64,000 nt of DNA from Spirochaetia bacterium UBA2205 (GTDB taxonomy: Bacteria > Spirochaetota > UBA4802 > UB4802), in contig DCUV01000032.1 of assembly GCA_002328585.1 (NCBI GenBank), positions 109,173 through 173,172 on the forward strand. The letters are read 5' to 3'. The notes below the pieces were generated by a model. It worked only from the letters and a program-made list of their open reading frames with translations, ran no database searches and was not told the origin of the DNA. Position numbers and translations under genes: made by a program. Within the stretch, counting starts at the first letter, position 1; each line of letters opens with the position of its first letter. Shown here piece after piece: positions 11,993 to 22,567 of the stretch.

Positions 11993-12298
11993 TGATATAT
12001 CCTGAATATATAAAATTTTTTCACAATAACTATCGCCAAAAAAAACGTTAATGGTTACTATACTACTGACACACCAGTAATAAAACTATTTAATATCTGC
12101 TAATACCATAAAAACATTTTTAACAATATCCATAAAATTAATATATACAAAAAACAGAAGTTATGTGATAGTGTATCTTATATCACAGGCTGCTATAAAA
12201 ATCATTAAAATGTATTTATAAATTGCTAAAATTCTATTGACAAATGTATTTTTGCACTATCACTGAATTTCACATTACTACTGTGTTGCGAGGTATCA

Positions 12299-15061
12299 AT
12301 GGATTATTCTAAAACTGTTAATCTTCCTTCAAGTGATTTCCCTATGAAGGCTAATCTTCCGGTACGGGAACCTCACATTTTACAACGCTGGGAAAAAGAC
12401 AATATCTATCAATTAATTCTAAAATCCCGCGATGGGAATGAACTGTATATTTTGCATGATGGTCCACCGTATGCAAACGGACATATACACCTTGGGCATG
12501 CATTGAATAAAATTCTTAAAGATATCATCATTAAACATAAAACAATGACCGGTTTTCAAGCCCCGTATGTCCCCGGCTGGGACTGTCATGGCCTTCCTAT
12601 TGAGTTACAGATTTCAAAAGAATTAGGCGACAAAGTAAAAACATTGCCGAAACAGAAGATACGAAAACTTTGCCGGGAATATGCACAAAAATTTATTGAT
12701 ATCCAGCGTGATGAATTTAAACGATTGGGCGTCTTTGGTGACTACCAGAATCCTTATTTAACCATGTCATCAGATTATGAGGCAACTATTGTTGAGATAT
12801 TTGCATCGCTCTTTGAGCTTGGATTTATCACCAAAGGTAAAAAGCCTATCTACTGGTGCCCTACCTGCGTTACCGCTTTAGCTGAAGCCGAGGTAGAATA
12901 TCACCAGCACAGCTCACCTTCAATCTTTGTTAAATTTAAGGTTGATCCATCATCAGTTTCGTTTAAGGGAGTTGATGCAAATAATCTTTACGTCGTAGTA
13001 TGGACAACGACACCATGGACACTGCCCGCTAATTTAGCAGTGTGTTTCCATCCTGATTTTGATTATTCAGCCTATAAGAGCAATGATGAATATTTTATTA
13101 TGGCTGATGGACTTGCCCAGAGTTTTACCAGTATAACAGGCAGACAGCTTGGTGAAAAAACACCTCTTACTGGCGAAATGATCCGCCTGTTAAAAGTATA
13201 TCATCCTTTTATTGACAGGGAATCAAAAGTTATATCCGGCAACTTTGTAACTCTGGAACAGGGTACCGGCATTGTGCATATTGCACCAGGTCATGGGCTT
13301 GAGGATTACATCGCAGGGCTTGAATATGGGCTGGATGTATTCTGTCCTGTGGATGATGAGGGTAAATTTACCGATGAATTTGCACCAATGAAGGGTATCA
13401 ATGTCTTTGATGCTAACCCAAAAATAATTGAACTTTTACGAGAAAAAAATGCTTTAATCTTCACCAATGACATAGAACATTCCTATCCGCATTGCTGGCG
13501 ATGCAAACAGCCGCTTATATTCAGAGCTACTGCGCAGTGGTTTTTGCTCATCGACCATAATGATATGCGCAATATTGCATTACAGGCAATTGAAGATACG
13601 CAGTGGATACCTGAATGGGGAAAATTGCGATTTAAAGGCATGGTAGAAACACGTCCCGACTGGTGCTTATCCCGTCAACGTTCGTGGGGGGTTCCCATTC
13701 CTTCATTTTACTGTAAAAAATGCGGAAAAAACCTGATGAACGCTGATACAATTTTTTATTTTGCTAAGGTAGCCCGTGAACGCACCATTGAGGCATGGTA
13801 TACCGATGAGATTCATAGCCTTGTACCGGATGGTTTTACCTGCGAATGTGGTAGCGATAGTTTTGAAAAAGAATATGATATTCTTGATGTATGGTTTGAC
13901 TCGGGTGTATCACATTTTGCTGTTCTGGATGCCCGGGATGATCTTCGATGGCCTGCTGATCTTTATCTTGAGGGAAGCGATCAGCATCGCGGATGGTTCC
14001 AGTCTTCCCTGTGGCCTGCACTGGCACTCAGGCAGCGAGCTCCTTATGATACTGTGCTTACTCACGGTTTTATGCTGGATGATCAGGGAAGGGCGATGAG
14101 CAAATCATTGGGCAATGTCATCCCGCCTGAGGATATTATTGATAAATTTGGTGCTGATATACTTCGCCTGTGGGTTGCTTCCGAGGACTATCGCAATGAT
14201 GTTCGTATTGGCTATGACATGATTGGGCAGATAGCCGACTCATACCGCAAAATACGCAATACCTTTAAATTTATGATTGGCAACCTTTCCGATTTTACAG
14301 CAACAGATTGCGTTTTATATGAGGAACTATCGAACATTGATACATGGATATTGCATAAAGTATCAGTGCTTTCTGACCAGGTACGACAGCATTATGAACA
14401 TTACGAATTCCATTTAGTGTATCGAAAGATTGTCAACTTCTGTACTGTTGACCTGTCAGCGCTGTACTTTGATATTTCAAAGGATATCCTGTATGTTGAG
14501 GCAAAGGATGCAAAGATTAGAAGAGCCAACCAAACAGTACTATACCATGTTATCCAGATACTGTTACGTCTCATTGCACCAATTCTTGTATTCACAGCTG
14601 AGGAAATCTGGCAGTTTATGGGCAACGATGGCTCCGTGCATGTTGATAGCTATCGTGAACCGCAGCAGGAATGGTACAATGACGCGGTAGCTAAAACGAT
14701 GGATATTCTGGTTGACATCAAGAAGGATGTACTCAAAGCTCTGGAGATAGCCCGCAAAGATAAGATGATAGGAAGCTCGTTAGAGGCAGATGTTCACCTG
14801 TATATCCCCGGTGCCTCAACCAGGGAGCTTGTTGAATCGATTCCCGACAGCAAACGGTTTTTTCAGGTTGCCGATGTTTACCTTGAATCAGAAAAATCAA
14901 GCACAATGGCTGACTACGAAAACAGCTCCATAGCAATAACACGATCAACAGGTAAAAAGTGCTCTCGATGCTGGAATTACTCGCATAACATTGGCACTCA
15001 TCCTGCTCATCCTGAGCTATGCCAGCGGTGTACTGATATTGTTTTAAAACTTGACAGGTAA
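12299..15061 (+). CDS. ileS: Isoleucine--tRNA ligase (920 aa)
   Basis: ORF track; class I HIGH (HIHLGHALN) and KMSKS (KMSKSLGN) motifs; C-terminal Zn finger CSRCW...CQRC; followed by lspA as in many bacteria. Confidence 0.95.
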   Translation: MDYSKTVNLPSSDFPMKANLPVREPHILQRWEKDNIYQLILKSRDGNELYILHDGPPYANGHIHLGHALNKILKDIIIKHKTMTGFQAPYVPGWDCHGLPIELQISKELGDKVKTLPKQKIRKLCREYAQKFIDIQRDEFKRLGVFGDYQNPYLTMSSDYEATIVEIFASLFELGFITKGKKPIYWCPTCVTALAEAEVEYHQHSSPSIFVKFKVDPSSVSFKGVDANNLYVVVWTTTPWTLPANLAVCFHPDFDYSAYKSNDEYFIMADGLAQSFTSITGRQLGEKTPLTGEMIRLLKVYHPFIDRESKVISGNFVTLEQGTGIVHIAPGHGLEDYIAGLEYGLDVFCPVDDEGKFTDEFAPMKGINVFDANPKIIELLREKNALIFTNDIEHSYPHCWRCKQPLIFRATAQWFLLIDHNDMRNIALQAIEDTQWIPEWGKLRFKGMVETRPDWCLSRQRSWGVPIPSFYCKKCGKNLMNADTIFYFAKVARERTIEAWYTDEIHSLVPDGFTCECGSDSFEKEYDILDVWFDSGVSHFAVLDARDDLRWPADLYLEGSDQHRGWFQSSLWPALALRQRAPYDTVLTHGFMLDDQGRAMSKSLGNVIPPEDIIDKFGADILRLWVASEDYRNDVRIGYDMIGQIADSYRKIRNTFKFMIGNLSDFTATDCVLYEELSNIDTWILHKVSVLSDQVRQHYEHYEFHLVYRKIVNFCTVDLSALYFDISKDILYVEAKDAKIRRANQTVLYHVIQILLRLIAPILVFTAEEIWQFMGNDGSVHVDSYREPQQEWYNDAVAKTMDILVDIKKDVLKALEIARKDKMIGSSLEADVHLYIPGASTRELVESIPDSKRFFQVADVYLESEKSSTMADYENSSIAITRSTGKKCSRCWNYSHNIGTHPAHPELCQRCTDIVLKLDR

Positions 15062-15390
15062 CATCATTTTTTATGAGAGTTGCTGATGGCATCAATGTGC
15101 CAGCCAGGGTGGTATAAAAATTTTTGGCGATAGTCATCATGAATTTATTTCAGAATCTCAGATAATTATTCGGATTCATGGTCAAGCCCGGGATATCATT
15201 GAAGGCATAATTTTATTTTGCAGGATTTTCATACAGCCGCAATAGGATAGTAAGATAGCGTGACGAGGTGCCAGTCTCATCATTCCGGGCAGTAGCGAAG
15301 AATTATGCTGTTTTTTGAATAAAAATTCTTTCATTACTTTGCTGTTTTAGAATGACACAGTTTTATTCTATTTTCAGGAGAATAGTGCCA

Positions 15391-15897
15391 ATGACAAAGT
15401 CTACTAAAAACACATTGATTGCTGTTTTTGTTTTTGTTATTATATTAGGTCTTGATATTATTACCAAGGCTCTTGTAGTAAAATACATCAGTATCTATGA
15501 ACGGGTGGATGTACTGGGAAGTTTTCTCCAGCTAACCCTTATTTACAATCAGGGTGGTATTTTTGGCATACTACAGGGCTATCAGCAATTCTTTTTAATC
15601 GTTTCTATTATTGTATTTCTTCTTCTTATAGCTTATTATATTCTGGAAAAGAATAAAACGCTTATCTTTACCATCAGCATGGGACTTATCTGCGCAGGAG
15701 CTATTGGCAACATCCTGGACAGAATTACCGGCAAACCTGGTGTTGTTGATTTTATCTATATTGGTGATGATGCTGTCTTCCGCTGGCCTGCCTTTAATGT
15801 TGCTGATTCATCGATAGTCATAGGTGCCACGTTGCTTATACTGCATCAAATCATGGAAGAGAAAAAGCGTAAATCGCAAAAAGGTATGCATCAATAA
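15391..15897 (+). CDS. lspA: Lipoprotein signal peptidase II
   Basis: ORF 15352..15897 trimmed to the ATG at 15391 (MTKSTKNTLIAV...) preceded by CAGGAG; four TM segments; conserved NxGxAFG-like (NQGGIFG) and FNVAD motifs; canonical ileS-lspA linkage. Confidence 0.85.
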   Translation: MTKSTKNTLIAVFVFVIILGLDIITKALVVKYISIYERVDVLGSFLQLTLIYNQGGIFGILQGYQQFFLIVSIIVFLLLIAYYILEKNKTLIFTISMGLICAGAIGNILDRITGKPGVVDFIYIGDDAVFRWPAFNVADSSIVIGATLLILHQIMEEKKRKSQKGMHQ

Positions 15898-16289
15898 GTA
15901 TCAACAATGGTGATAGTTCCTGAAGCTATCTCTTTGTCCCCAACTATCACCGTAACAATATAGGCGCCTTCTGCATACAGCGAAAGCGGGATAATGGCGC
16001 TGGATACATCAGGATTGATTGTATAATCAAACCGGGTATATTCAGGCTGGCTATAGTGCTTTTTTTCATATATAACAACTGTGGCGGTAGTGCTGCCAAA
16101 AGCTTCCTTTGCAGTAACATACAATGTCATATCACCCGTGGTAAACTGACTGCCGCAATTGACCGGCTTGCCTTCATCGGTCACCCCTTCACAAAATTGC
16201 AATGGCGGCGTTTTCCCACACGATGCTATAGACATTAATATTATGAATACATATACACTACAATAATGACCCCTGAACATCCTCATCAT
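15891..16289 (-). CDS. Small predicted lipoprotein (132 aa)
   Basis: ORF track; signal peptide with lipobox IASC; overlaps the xseB 3' end by ~30 nt and the lspA stop by 7 nt, so the exact start is uncertain. Confidence 0.45.
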   Translation of the reverse strand: MMRMFRGHYCSVYVFIILMSIASCGKTPPLQFCEGVTDEGKPVNCGSQFTTGDMTLYVTAKEAFGSTTATVVIYEKKHYSQPEYTRFDYTINPDVSSAIIPLSLYAEGAYIVTVIVGDKEIASGTITIVDTY

Positions 16290-16545
16290 CCTCTATCTCC
16301 CCTGTGTCTTCTTTTACCTTTACTGGTTTTTTCTGTATGTTTCCGTCAGGTTGTTTTTGCAAAATCTCTATTGTGCGCTCAGCTTCTTCTAATTTCTGGC
16401 GGCAAAACTTTGCCAGCGCAACACCTTTTTCATAATACTGTATAGATTCATCCAGGGTTAATTCGCCCGATTCTAACTTTTGGGCTATCGTTTCAAGCTC
16501 CTCCAGCGCTTCTTCAAATGCTGGCTTTTTAGCTTTTTTTTCCAA
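16258..16545 (-). CDS. xseB: Exodeoxyribonuclease VII small subunit
   Basis: ORF track, 95 aa; XseB signature (FEEALEELETIAQKLESGELTLDESIQYYEKG); overlaps xseA end. Confidence 0.85.
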   Translation of the reverse strand: MEKKAKKPAFEEALEELETIAQKLESGELTLDESIQYYEKGVALAKFCRQKLEEAERTIEILQKQPDGNIQKKPVKVKEDTGEIEDDEDVQGSLL

Positions 16546-17833
16546 AACTCACCTCGTTTGATGTTGATTGTACCTCACAGTTCATGGAACCATCGTATAC
16601 AATGACCTTTACATCATCCCCCTGTCGTATACCTTGAACTGAAGCTATACTGGTATTACCTTTCAGGGTAATGGAATAGCCGCGCTTTAAAACCGCCACC
16701 GGTGACAGGTGCTCCACCTTGCTTGCATTCATCATAAATACATGCTTATAGTTTTGCAATCTATTTTTTACAAGCAGGTGCAGGTCTTTTATCCTGTTTA
16801 ATGATTCCTTCACCTCATACAGGCGCTTATGGATTGACAATGAAATCCTGTTTTCAACATCAGACAGAGTAAGCTCATGTTGCTCCAGCATGCTTACGGG
16901 ATTTTGAAACGCACGATATTGCAATACCAGCGCAATACGATTATGAAATGATTGTAATAACATCACCATTCGTTTAGTCATCTTTTCCATAATTTGTTCG
17001 ATAGTATCCTGGATATCCTCCTTCACCGGGACAGCAAGCTCTGCTGCCGCCGAAGGGGTTGTTGCCGCAACATCCGCAGCAAGGTCGCTCAGCGGGCTAT
17101 CGATCTGATGTCCAACTGCCGAGATGATGGGAAGCTTTGATGCTGCAAACGCACGTACAACCTTCTCTTCATTGAATGCCATCAAATCTTCAAATGAGCC
17201 GCCACCCCTTCCTGCAATGATGACATCAACACCCCACGCGGGCTTATTCAACTCCTGTATACCTGCAATAATAGATTCGGCGGCTCCCTCGCCCTGAACC
17301 TTGGCTGGAGCAATGATAATTTCAAGGTTAGGATAGCGCCGCATCGCAACCTTGATAATATCACGAATTGCAGCTCCCGTTGGCGAGGTTACAACTCCAA
17401 TGCGTCTGGGAAGTTTTGGCAATGGTTTTTTCCGCCGGGGATCAAACAACCCTTCTTTATATAATTTTTCCTTTAGCTTTTCAATACGCTGTAAAAGTTC
17501 TCCAAGCCCTTCCTTCCTCATTTTGTATACTATAAACTGATACTGCCCCCGCTTTTCAAATACTGTCACACCACCAAAAACAACAACGCTCATCCCCTCT
17601 TCCAATTTAAAGTCTAAATTTTTATTGGAATATTTAAAAAAAGCTGCCTGAATCACTGCACCTTCATCCTTCAGTGAAAAGTAGATGTGCCCCGATGAGT
17701 GATAGGTAAGATTTGAAATCTCGCCTTTTATCCATACACCATTGAGCTCAGGAGCTGATGCAACTAGCTGTTTTATAATACCGGTAATATCGCTAACCGA
17801 ATACACCGTTTCATGTTTTTCAATGTCTTCCAT
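16529..17833 (-). CDS. xseA: Exodeoxyribonuclease VII large subunit
   Basis: ORF track, 434 aa; N-terminal OB-fold and central nuclease domain typical of XseA; coupled to xseB. Confidence 0.9.
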   Translation of the reverse strand: MEDIEKHETVYSVSDITGIIKQLVASAPELNGVWIKGEISNLTYHSSGHIYFSLKDEGAVIQAAFFKYSNKNLDFKLEEGMSVVVFGGVTVFEKRGQYQFIVYKMRKEGLGELLQRIEKLKEKLYKEGLFDPRRKKPLPKLPRRIGVVTSPTGAAIRDIIKVAMRRYPNLEIIIAPAKVQGEGAAESIIAGIQELNKPAWGVDVIIAGRGGGSFEDLMAFNEEKVVRAFAASKLPIISAVGHQIDSPLSDLAADVAATTPSAAAELAVPVKEDIQDTIEQIMEKMTKRMVMLLQSFHNRIALVLQYRAFQNPVSMLEQHELTLSDVENRISLSIHKRLYEVKESLNRIKDLHLLVKNRLQNYKHVFMMNASKVEHLSPVAVLKRGYSITLKGNTSIASVQGIRQGDDVKVIVYDGSMNCEVQSTSNEVSFGKKS

Positions 17834-17843
17834 ACATTTTTAC

Positions 17844-19598
17844 TTAAAAGGGTAAATGAACGTTGCCACTATAGATAGTACCCCGTACAATATCAAGCGT
17901 AACATCATCGCCATCACTACATGGCAGTGCATCTATAGCAATCCCGCCAATCACCGGGATGCCATGTTCCCGGCAAAAATGAATAATAGGTGATGCTATA
18001 GCACTCTGGCTGGTAATAACCGCTAATGGTAATTGCTCTTTTTTTAACTGTTCACTATCATCGGTTATGACAATACAATTGGGCGATAGCTCTCCTGATA
18101 CGGTTTTTTTGCGTATATATCCTTTCACCACAGCATCACCATAGCCAATACCACGAGCGATTTCATTTGCAACAAGATACACTCGCAATACATTTGTGCC
18201 ACCGGTTACTCCAGCTAAAATACCTGCCGTTATAATCAGCAAATCACCATTATGGATGAGCTCTTTTTGTTTACATATATTAAGAGCTTCATCGACAAGT
18301 GTATTGATATCTTCACAGTGTTTAATCTCCACCGGAACAACTCCATATGACAGCGCCAGCTGATTCATCACTTTTTTGTTTGTTGTTACCGCTAAAACCG
18401 GTATCCGGGGTTTGTATTTGGATATCTTTCGCGCAGTATATCCTGATTGCGTAGCAGTAATTATACAATCTGCTCCCAGCGTTTTTGCTGATTCTGATGC
18501 TGAAAGGGCAATAGCATCTGTAATGATCGAGCGTGTATATATCTTTCTTTCTTCCATAATAGCTTTATACATGATGGAGTCTTCAGCATATTGAGCAATC
18601 TTTGCCATTGTTGCTACTGCCTCAACAGGATACTGTCCAAAGGCAGTTTCCCCGGAAAGCATCAACGCATCGGTCCCATCAAAAACAGCATTTGCCACAT
18701 CAGTTGCTTCTGCTCGTGTTGGTATGGGATTGCGTATCATGGAATCCAGCATCTGGGTAGCAGTTATTACCGGTTTTGCCTGTTGATTGCACTTTTCAAT
18801 GATCATCTTTTGCACTATGGGCACCTGCTCTATGGGAATTTCAATACCAAGATCGCCACGCGCAACCATGATACCATACGATGCAGCAATAATATCATCT
18901 ATATTGGTAACTGCTTCATGCTTTTCAATTTTTGATATAATGGGTATTGATCCTCCAAATTCTTCCATAATGCTCCTGAGTTGAACAACATCCTGTGCAG
19001 AGCGCACAAATGACAAAGCAACCATATCTACATCATGCTTTATTGCAAACTCCAGATCACTAATATCCTTTTGAGTTATTGAGCTTGTTTTTACTGATGC
19101 GTTAGGCAAATTAATCCCTTTATGATCTTTTAGCTCACCACCACGGACAACCGTAGTATAGATATCAGTGTTTTGCACCTCATCTACAACCAGTTCAAGC
19201 AAACCATCATCAAGGAGTATCACCTGTCCTTTATGTACTGATTCGGGGAGGTCTTTTAACGAAACACTAACCGCTATTGCGTTGCCAGGGACATCACGTG
19301 TTGTTAAGATAAACTGCTGTCCTGACTCTAAAATTACCTTTTCTTTTAATGTGCCAACTCGTATTTTTGGCCCCTGCAAATCAGCCAGTATCCCGATAGG
19401 TGTGTTCAGCTCATTTGCTATTTCCCTGATCAGTGCAATACTTTTTTCATGCATCTGATGGGTGGAATGCGACATGTTTAACCTTGCAACATTCATCCCT
19501 GCACGCACAAGGTTTACAATCACCGCTTTTTCTTCGCTTGCTGGTCCCAGCGTACATACAATCTTCGTTCTTCGCATAGATTCTCCTGAAATTTTCAT
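17844..19598 (-). CDS. pyk: Pyruvate kinase with C-terminal PEP-utilizer domain (584 aa)
   Basis: ORF track; PK barrel motifs (KIVCTLGP, MVARGDLGIE) plus C-terminal extension; start may be the internal Met (MRRTKIV). Confidence 0.9.
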   Translation of the reverse strand: MKISGESMRRTKIVCTLGPASEEKAVIVNLVRAGMNVARLNMSHSTHQMHEKSIALIREIANELNTPIGILADLQGPKIRVGTLKEKVILESGQQFILTTRDVPGNAIAVSVSLKDLPESVHKGQVILLDDGLLELVVDEVQNTDIYTTVVRGGELKDHKGINLPNASVKTSSITQKDISDLEFAIKHDVDMVALSFVRSAQDVVQLRSIMEEFGGSIPIISKIEKHEAVTNIDDIIAASYGIMVARGDLGIEIPIEQVPIVQKMIIEKCNQQAKPVITATQMLDSMIRNPIPTRAEATDVANAVFDGTDALMLSGETAFGQYPVEAVATMAKIAQYAEDSIMYKAIMEERKIYTRSIITDAIALSASESAKTLGADCIITATQSGYTARKISKYKPRIPVLAVTTNKKVMNQLALSYGVVPVEIKHCEDINTLVDEALNICKQKELIHNGDLLIITAGILAGVTGGTNVLRVYLVANEIARGIGYGDAVVKGYIRKKTVSGELSPNCIVITDDSEQLKKEQLPLAVITSQSAIASPIIHFCREHGIPVIGGIAIDALPCSDGDDVTLDIVRGTIYSGNVHLPF

Positions 19599-19772
19599 CC
19601 TGTGTGGAATTGTTCTGTAAAGGTACTATCGGTAACAATACTTTTTACAACATACTGTGCTTAAAAAATAATCCTCACCTGCTTGTTCATATTTAATAAA
19701 TATAGCAAAAAATATTGAAAAAAATTATCTGTTTGTTATTATAACCATAATTTTTTTATTACCAGTATAAGT

Positions 19773-20489
19773 ATGGACAGTTTACCATTACATTGTTTCT
19801 TTGTGCAATACAATAAAAATTTCGTGATACAGCATCACGATGCATATCATTTTTTTCTTGATGCTGAAGATGCTCATAAGCTACAACAGTGCTTATCACC
19901 TAATCGCAGAGCCGAAATTGTAATAAGCAAAACTGCCACAAAAGCCTTTTTGCAATTGTTATCGGGAACCGCGCACCATGCAGTGAACGGCAATACTATC
20001 GTCATTGATAACAAACAGTACTGGCTATCCCTATCCCACACTGACAATGTTGTTGCAATCAGCATATTCCAAAAGCCTCATGGCATTGACATCGAATCAA
20101 CCGTGCGTGATGTTGCCTACCGCAATGCAATTATTCATCGCTATTTTTCCACTGGTGAACAACAATTTGTAAATCACTCGTTGCTGAATAAAACCAAACG
20201 GTTTATTTCACTATGGACAATAAAAGAGGCAATTGCAAAATTGAAAGGACTATCGCTTGCACAGGCTTTACAGTACGACACCATACTAAACGCTGAAGGT
20301 TTATTCTTATCCAATGTTACACTTTTTAAAAACTATCGTTGTGGACTTGCTTTTGGCGATAGTTCCTGTGATAAACTTTTTGTTAAAATTTACACGGCAG
20401 ACGAAAGGGATGTTTTGCATGTATTGTGTGGATGTGGGCGATACCGGATTCGAACCAGTGACCTCCTGCATGTGAGGCAGGCGCTCTAA
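19773..20489 (+). CDS. 4'-phosphopantetheinyl transferase (Sfp-type)
   Basis: ORF track, 238 aa; GIDIE and WTIKEAIAK PPTase motifs. The last ~18 codons are antisense to tRNA-Val. Confidence 0.7.
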   Translation: MDSLPLHCFFVQYNKNFVIQHHDAYHFFLDAEDAHKLQQCLSPNRRAEIVISKTATKAFLQLLSGTAHHAVNGNTIVIDNKQYWLSLSHTDNVVAISIFQKPHGIDIESTVRDVAYRNAIIHRYFSTGEQQFVNHSLLNKTKRFISLWTIKEAIAKLKGLSLAQALQYDTILNAEGLFLSNVTLFKNYRCGLAFGDSSCDKLFVKIYTADERDVLHVLCGCGRYRIRTSDLLHVRQAL

Positions 20490-20508
20490 CCTGCTGAGCT
20501 AATCGCCC
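20435..20508 (-). tRNA. tRNA-Val (anticodon CAC)
   Basis: Hand fold: acceptor GGGCGAU/AUCGCCC, D-stem GCUC/GAGC, anticodon stem CCUGC/GCAGG with loop CUCACAU, T-arm ACUGG-UUCGAAU-CCGGU; close to E. coli tRNA-Val. Confidence 0.85.
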
Positions 20509-20657
20509 TATACTGCAATACTGAAATAATTTTTTAAAATTGCAAGCATTTTTATGAAGTCTATTATTTTAAATATTTTTTACATAAAAACAATTGCAAT
20601 TTTCATTATCTCTTCATTACAATACACATCGCTACAAAGATACAGGATGGTTTTTCT

Positions 20658-21920
20658 ATGGATACTATCGCTATACAAAAATTTACATTGAAACGATATA
20701 TACATGTTTTATTGCCTCTATTTATTGGCTCAATCATTGCATACCTTGATAGAGTAAATATTGCCTATGCGGCATTGACGATGAATCAGGATTTACAGTT
20801 TACTCCGGAAATTTTTGGGATGGGTGCCGGTATCTTTTTTATAGGTTACATACTCTTTGAGATACCGGGAGCCATTATTGCTGAAAAGTGGAATCCCAAA
20901 GGCTGGCTGATGCGCATTATGATTACATGGGGTATTGTTTCATTTTTCATGATATTCATTACCAGACCGTGGCATTTTTATACATTGCGCTTTTTATTGG
21001 GAAGCGCTGAAGCAAGCTTTTATCCCGTGCTCTATGCAAGCGTCATCCCACGCTGGTTTACATTGCAGGAACGCCCTAAAGCTATAGCATTGATGCTAAC
21101 CTCGTTACAGGTCTCTGCTATTATTGGCTCACCACTTGCAGGCTTTTTATTAGACATATCATTATTTGGATTGAAAGGATGGCAGCTATTATTTGTATGC
21201 GAAGCTATTCCTGCACTTCTCTTTGGCATACTTTTATACTTTATCCTGTCAAATGATCCCATGAAGGTATCATGGTTGTCAGACAAGGAAAAAGAATACC
21301 TTGCCAATGCTCTGTCAAATGAAAGCAAACAAAAAGCACAGCACTATACTATATGGCAGGCGTTAAAGGACAAAGAGGTATTAAAACTGGCGCTTATCTA
21401 TTTTTTATGGATAACCGGATTCTGGGGATTTAATTACTGGATGCCAACCGTTATGAAGGAACTATCGGGCTGGTCTAATATCGCTATTGGTTCACTTTTT
21501 GCCATACCCATGACATTATCACTCATCGTAATGGTTTATATTGGATATTCTTCATCACAAACTGGCGAAAAGCGACTCCATGGTGCTATACCGCTTGCCA
21601 TTGCCGCTATAGGGTTAGGGGCAGGTGCGTTTATAAAAAATCCCGGTGTAAACATGGTATTTGTATGCATAGCTGCAATTGGCATATTTGGCCCATTTGG
21701 CGTCTGGTGGTCATATCCAACAACATTTCTTTCTGGTGCAGCCGCAGCAGGAGCTGTAGGGCTCATCAACTCATCAGGTAATATTGGTGGGTATGTTGGA
21801 CCTTATCTGATAGGTATCATTAAAAACTTAACCAATTCTTTTGAGCTTTCATTTTTAATTCTCGCAGGTATGGTGCTCATCAGTAGCGTTATGATGCTCA
21901 CATTAAAAAAGAAGGCATGA
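20658..21920 (+). CDS. MFS transporter (anion:cation symporter-like, 12 TM)
   Basis: ORF track, 420 aa; MFS motif AYLDRVNIAYAA and hydrophobicity pattern. Confidence 0.8.
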   Translation: MDTIAIQKFTLKRYIHVLLPLFIGSIIAYLDRVNIAYAALTMNQDLQFTPEIFGMGAGIFFIGYILFEIPGAIIAEKWNPKGWLMRIMITWGIVSFFMIFITRPWHFYTLRFLLGSAEASFYPVLYASVIPRWFTLQERPKAIALMLTSLQVSAIIGSPLAGFLLDISLFGLKGWQLLFVCEAIPALLFGILLYFILSNDPMKVSWLSDKEKEYLANALSNESKQKAQHYTIWQALKDKEVLKLALIYFLWITGFWGFNYWMPTVMKELSGWSNIAIGSLFAIPMTLSLIVMVYIGYSSSQTGEKRLHGAIPLAIAAIGLGAGAFIKNPGVNMVFVCIAAIGIFGPFGVWWSYPTTFLSGAAAAGAVGLINSSGNIGGYVGPYLIGIIKNLTNSFELSFLILAGMVLISSVMMLTLKKKA

Positions 21921-22441
21921 TCATGAAAGGGTATGTACATTGTTATACCGGAAACGGTAAGGGCAAAACAACCGCAGCATTGGGATTAGCTGTTCGTGCC
22001 GCCGGGTGGAGTAAACATTCAATCATCATACAATTTTTAAAAGGTAAAAAATCTGGTGAGCGTATTGCACTGAAACGATTCCATGATCTTATAACCATTG
22101 AAACTTATGGAAGCAAAAACTTTTATATACCCGGAACAGATGATGAGTATTTTAAAGAATTAACCAGAAAAGCTTATGATCGATGCTCAGATGCATGTGC
22201 CGATAGCTTCTTTGATATCGTTATATGTGATGAGATATTAACTGCATTGCAGTGGAAACTTCTTTCAGAACAGGATATTATACAGCTGGTTAAAATAAAA
22301 CATTATGAAACAGAATTAATTTTAACTGGTCGCGGACTTTCCAAAACATTATTCCCCTACTGTGATTTGATTACTGAGATGAAGGAGATAAAACATTATT
22401 ATACTAATGGCGTTAAAGCTCGCCGGGGGATTGAATGGTAA
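21917..22441 (+). CDS. cobO: Cob(I)yrinic acid a,c-diamide adenosyltransferase (CobA/CobO/BtuR family)
   Basis: ORF track, 174 aa; P-loop GNGKGKTTAALG and family length; ATGA overlap with the MFS stop. Confidence 0.8.
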   Translation: MIMKGYVHCYTGNGKGKTTAALGLAVRAAGWSKHSIIIQFLKGKKSGERIALKRFHDLITIETYGSKNFYIPGTDDEYFKELTRKAYDRCSDACADSFFDIVICDEILTALQWKLLSEQDIIQLVKIKHYETELILTGRGLSKTLFPYCDLITEMKEIKHYYTNGVKARRGIEW

Positions 22442-22506
22442 TGTTGTAGTGTTGAGTCAGTACTCCAGGGGTTGCCTTCAGCGGGATGAGAAGCAATGTA
22501 TTTCTA

Positions 22507-22543
22507 AGAAAAAAGGCTGCCAATTACCCGGCAGCCTTTTTTA
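22507..22543. terminator. Bidirectional rho-independent terminator between convergent cobO and acs
   Basis: A-run, AAGGCTGCC-AATTACCC-GGCAGCCTT perfect 9-bp stem, then T-run. Confidence 0.6.
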
Positions 22544-22567
22544 CTTCTCTTCTATTGTAAATAATTC

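Noticed and set aside
12000-12298. Possible T-box riboswitch upstream of ileS
   Set aside because: I found no T-box consensus (AGGGUGGNACCGCG-like) or specifier-loop architecture in the 300-nt leader; it looks like an ordinary promoter region.
20435-20508. tRNA-Val as an integration site for an island containing the PPTase
   Set aside because: I saw no direct repeat of the tRNA 3' end, no integrase, and the GC content on the 3' side is not anomalous, so this is recorded only as a note under the PPTase finding.
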